64,000 bases of DNA, taken from Patescibacteria group bacterium. GTDB taxonomy: Bacteria; Patescibacteriota; Patescibacteriia; 2-12-FULL-57-11. The stretch covers positions 658,893 through 722,892 of the forward strand of contig SCUL01000002.1 in assembly GCA_004297205.1 (NCBI GenBank). Reading direction: 5' to 3'. The notes beneath the pieces were generated by a model that saw only the letters and a list, made by a program, of their open reading frames with translations, searched no databases and was not told the origin of the DNA. Positions 63,098 through 64,000 of the stretch are shown here, one piece after another (positions within the stretch are counted from its first letter, which is position 1; the number at the start of each line of letters is the position of its first letter). The position numbers and the translations under genes are program-made.

Positions 63098-64000
63098 ATG
63101 AAAGGACTGAGCGAAGCCCAGATCGCGGCGCTGTTCGGACGCTCCGTGGAGAACGTCGTGGTCCGCGACCATCTTGTGACGCGCCTGAAAGAGGGGAAGA
63201 AGCTGCGCATCAAGATCGGCATGGATCCGACGGCGCCGGACCTGCATCTGGGGCACGCCGTGGCGCTGCGCCTCTTGCGCCGTTTTCAGGATGCCGGGCA
63301 CACGGTGGTCTTCATCATCGGCGATGCCACGGCGCTGATCGGCGACCCCTCGGGTAAATCCAAGACGCGGCCCCAGCTCGATGCCAAGGAGATCGACCGC
63401 AATGCCAAAACCTACTTCGCCCAGGTCGGGAAGATTCTCGACGTCAAAAAGGCCGAGGTTCGTTACAACTCCGAATGGCTCGGCAAGCTGAAGTTCGCCG
63501 ACGTCATCCGTCTCGCGGCCAAGTTCACGGTGGCGCGCATCCTCGAGCGCGACGACTTCGCTAAAAGGTACAAGAGCGGGATCGACATTTCCGCGCACGA
63601 GCTGCTCTATCCGATGATGCAGGCCTACGACTCGGTGGCCATCAAAGCCGACGTCGAAGTCGGGGGCACGGACCAGACCTTCAACATGCTGGCCGGTCGC
63701 GAACTGCAGAAGAAGATGGACATGTCGGAGCAGGACGTCCTGACCGTGCCCCTGCTTGTCGGCATCGACGGCGTCAACAAGATGTCCAAGTCGCTCGGCA
63801 ACTACGTCGGCTTGTCCGAAAAGCCGGAAGATATGTACGGCAAGGTCATGAGCATTCCGGACGCGCTGATCCCCAGCTGGTTCATGCTGGCGACGGAGCT
63901 CACCGACGCCGAGATTGCGGAAGCGGCGCGCGTCGACAATCCCCGCGACCGCAAGATGCGCCTGGCCCGCGAGATCGTTGTGCTCTATCACGGTGCAAAA
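63098..64000 (+). CDS. tyrS: tyrosine--tRNA ligase, 3' truncated at window edge
   Basis: HLGH (PDLHLGHAVAL) and KMSKS motifs. The ORF is open to the window end. Confidence 0.9.
   Translation, partial: MKGLSEAQIAALFGRSVENVVVRDHLVTRLKEGKKLRIKIGMDPTAPDLHLGHAVALRLLRRFQDAGHTVVFIIGDATALIGDPSGKSKTRPQLDAKEIDRNAKTYFAQVGKILDVKKAEVRYNSEWLGKLKFADVIRLAAKFTVARILERDDFAKRYKSGIDISAHELLYPMMQAYDSVAIKADVEVGGTDQTFNMLAGRELQKKMDMSEQDVLTVPLLVGIDGVNKMSKSLGNYVGLSEKPEDMYGKVMSIPDALIPSWFMLATELTDAEIAEAARVDNPRDRKMRLAREIVVLYHGAK

Overview
High-GC bacterial chromosomal segment, mostly housekeeping genes at high coding density on both strands. The gene content (split transketolase, non-oxidative pentose-phosphate cluster, FemAB-type transferase, TrbC/VirB2-like pilin-type protein, small genes) is compatible with a reduced-genome Patescibacteria/CPR-like lineage; that is inference only. 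Housekeeping genes supported by sequence: cca (5' truncated), an RluA-family pseudouridine synthase, rplS, uvrA, secG, RNase J, RNase P RNA (not in the ORF track), ruvA, class II RNR (nrdJ-like), ileS, rpiB-rpe-tktA-tktB-pfkB-fba-pfkB-2-hydroxyacid dehydrogenase, a P-type ATPase, a DHH phosphoesterase, valS and tyrS (3' truncated). Three tRNAs are present (Leu-CAG, Arg-CCG, Ala-UGC). A cell-envelope glycan cluster spans 14.7-25.4 kb (polyprenyl-phosphate sugar transferase, three GT4 glycosyltransferases, a DUF4012-like protein, a DUF11-repeat surface protein, a FemAB-family transferase). Two accessory regions stand out. (1) 25.7-29.3 kb is a lower-GC array of small minus-strand genes for secreted, membrane, lipoprotein and Zn-ribbon proteins. 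The genes are punctuated by at least 7 same-orientation copies of a modular 90-170 bp conserved intergenic element, and the array contains a tRNA-like fragment; this is the best candidate for an undescribed system in the window. (2) A ~6 kb island lies directly 3' of tRNA-Ala, with a large serine recombinase, an orphan Cas2/VapD-like gene, an XRE/ImmA regulatory pair, a cytidine/adenosine-type deaminase and a DMT transporter. A secreted Cys-rich TrbC/VirB2-like fusion protein is translationally coupled to a CxxS DsbA-like protein at 7.5-9.8 kb. Coordinates of features not taken from the ORF track (RNAs, repeats, promoters, terminators) were counted by hand and may be off by 1-3 nt.
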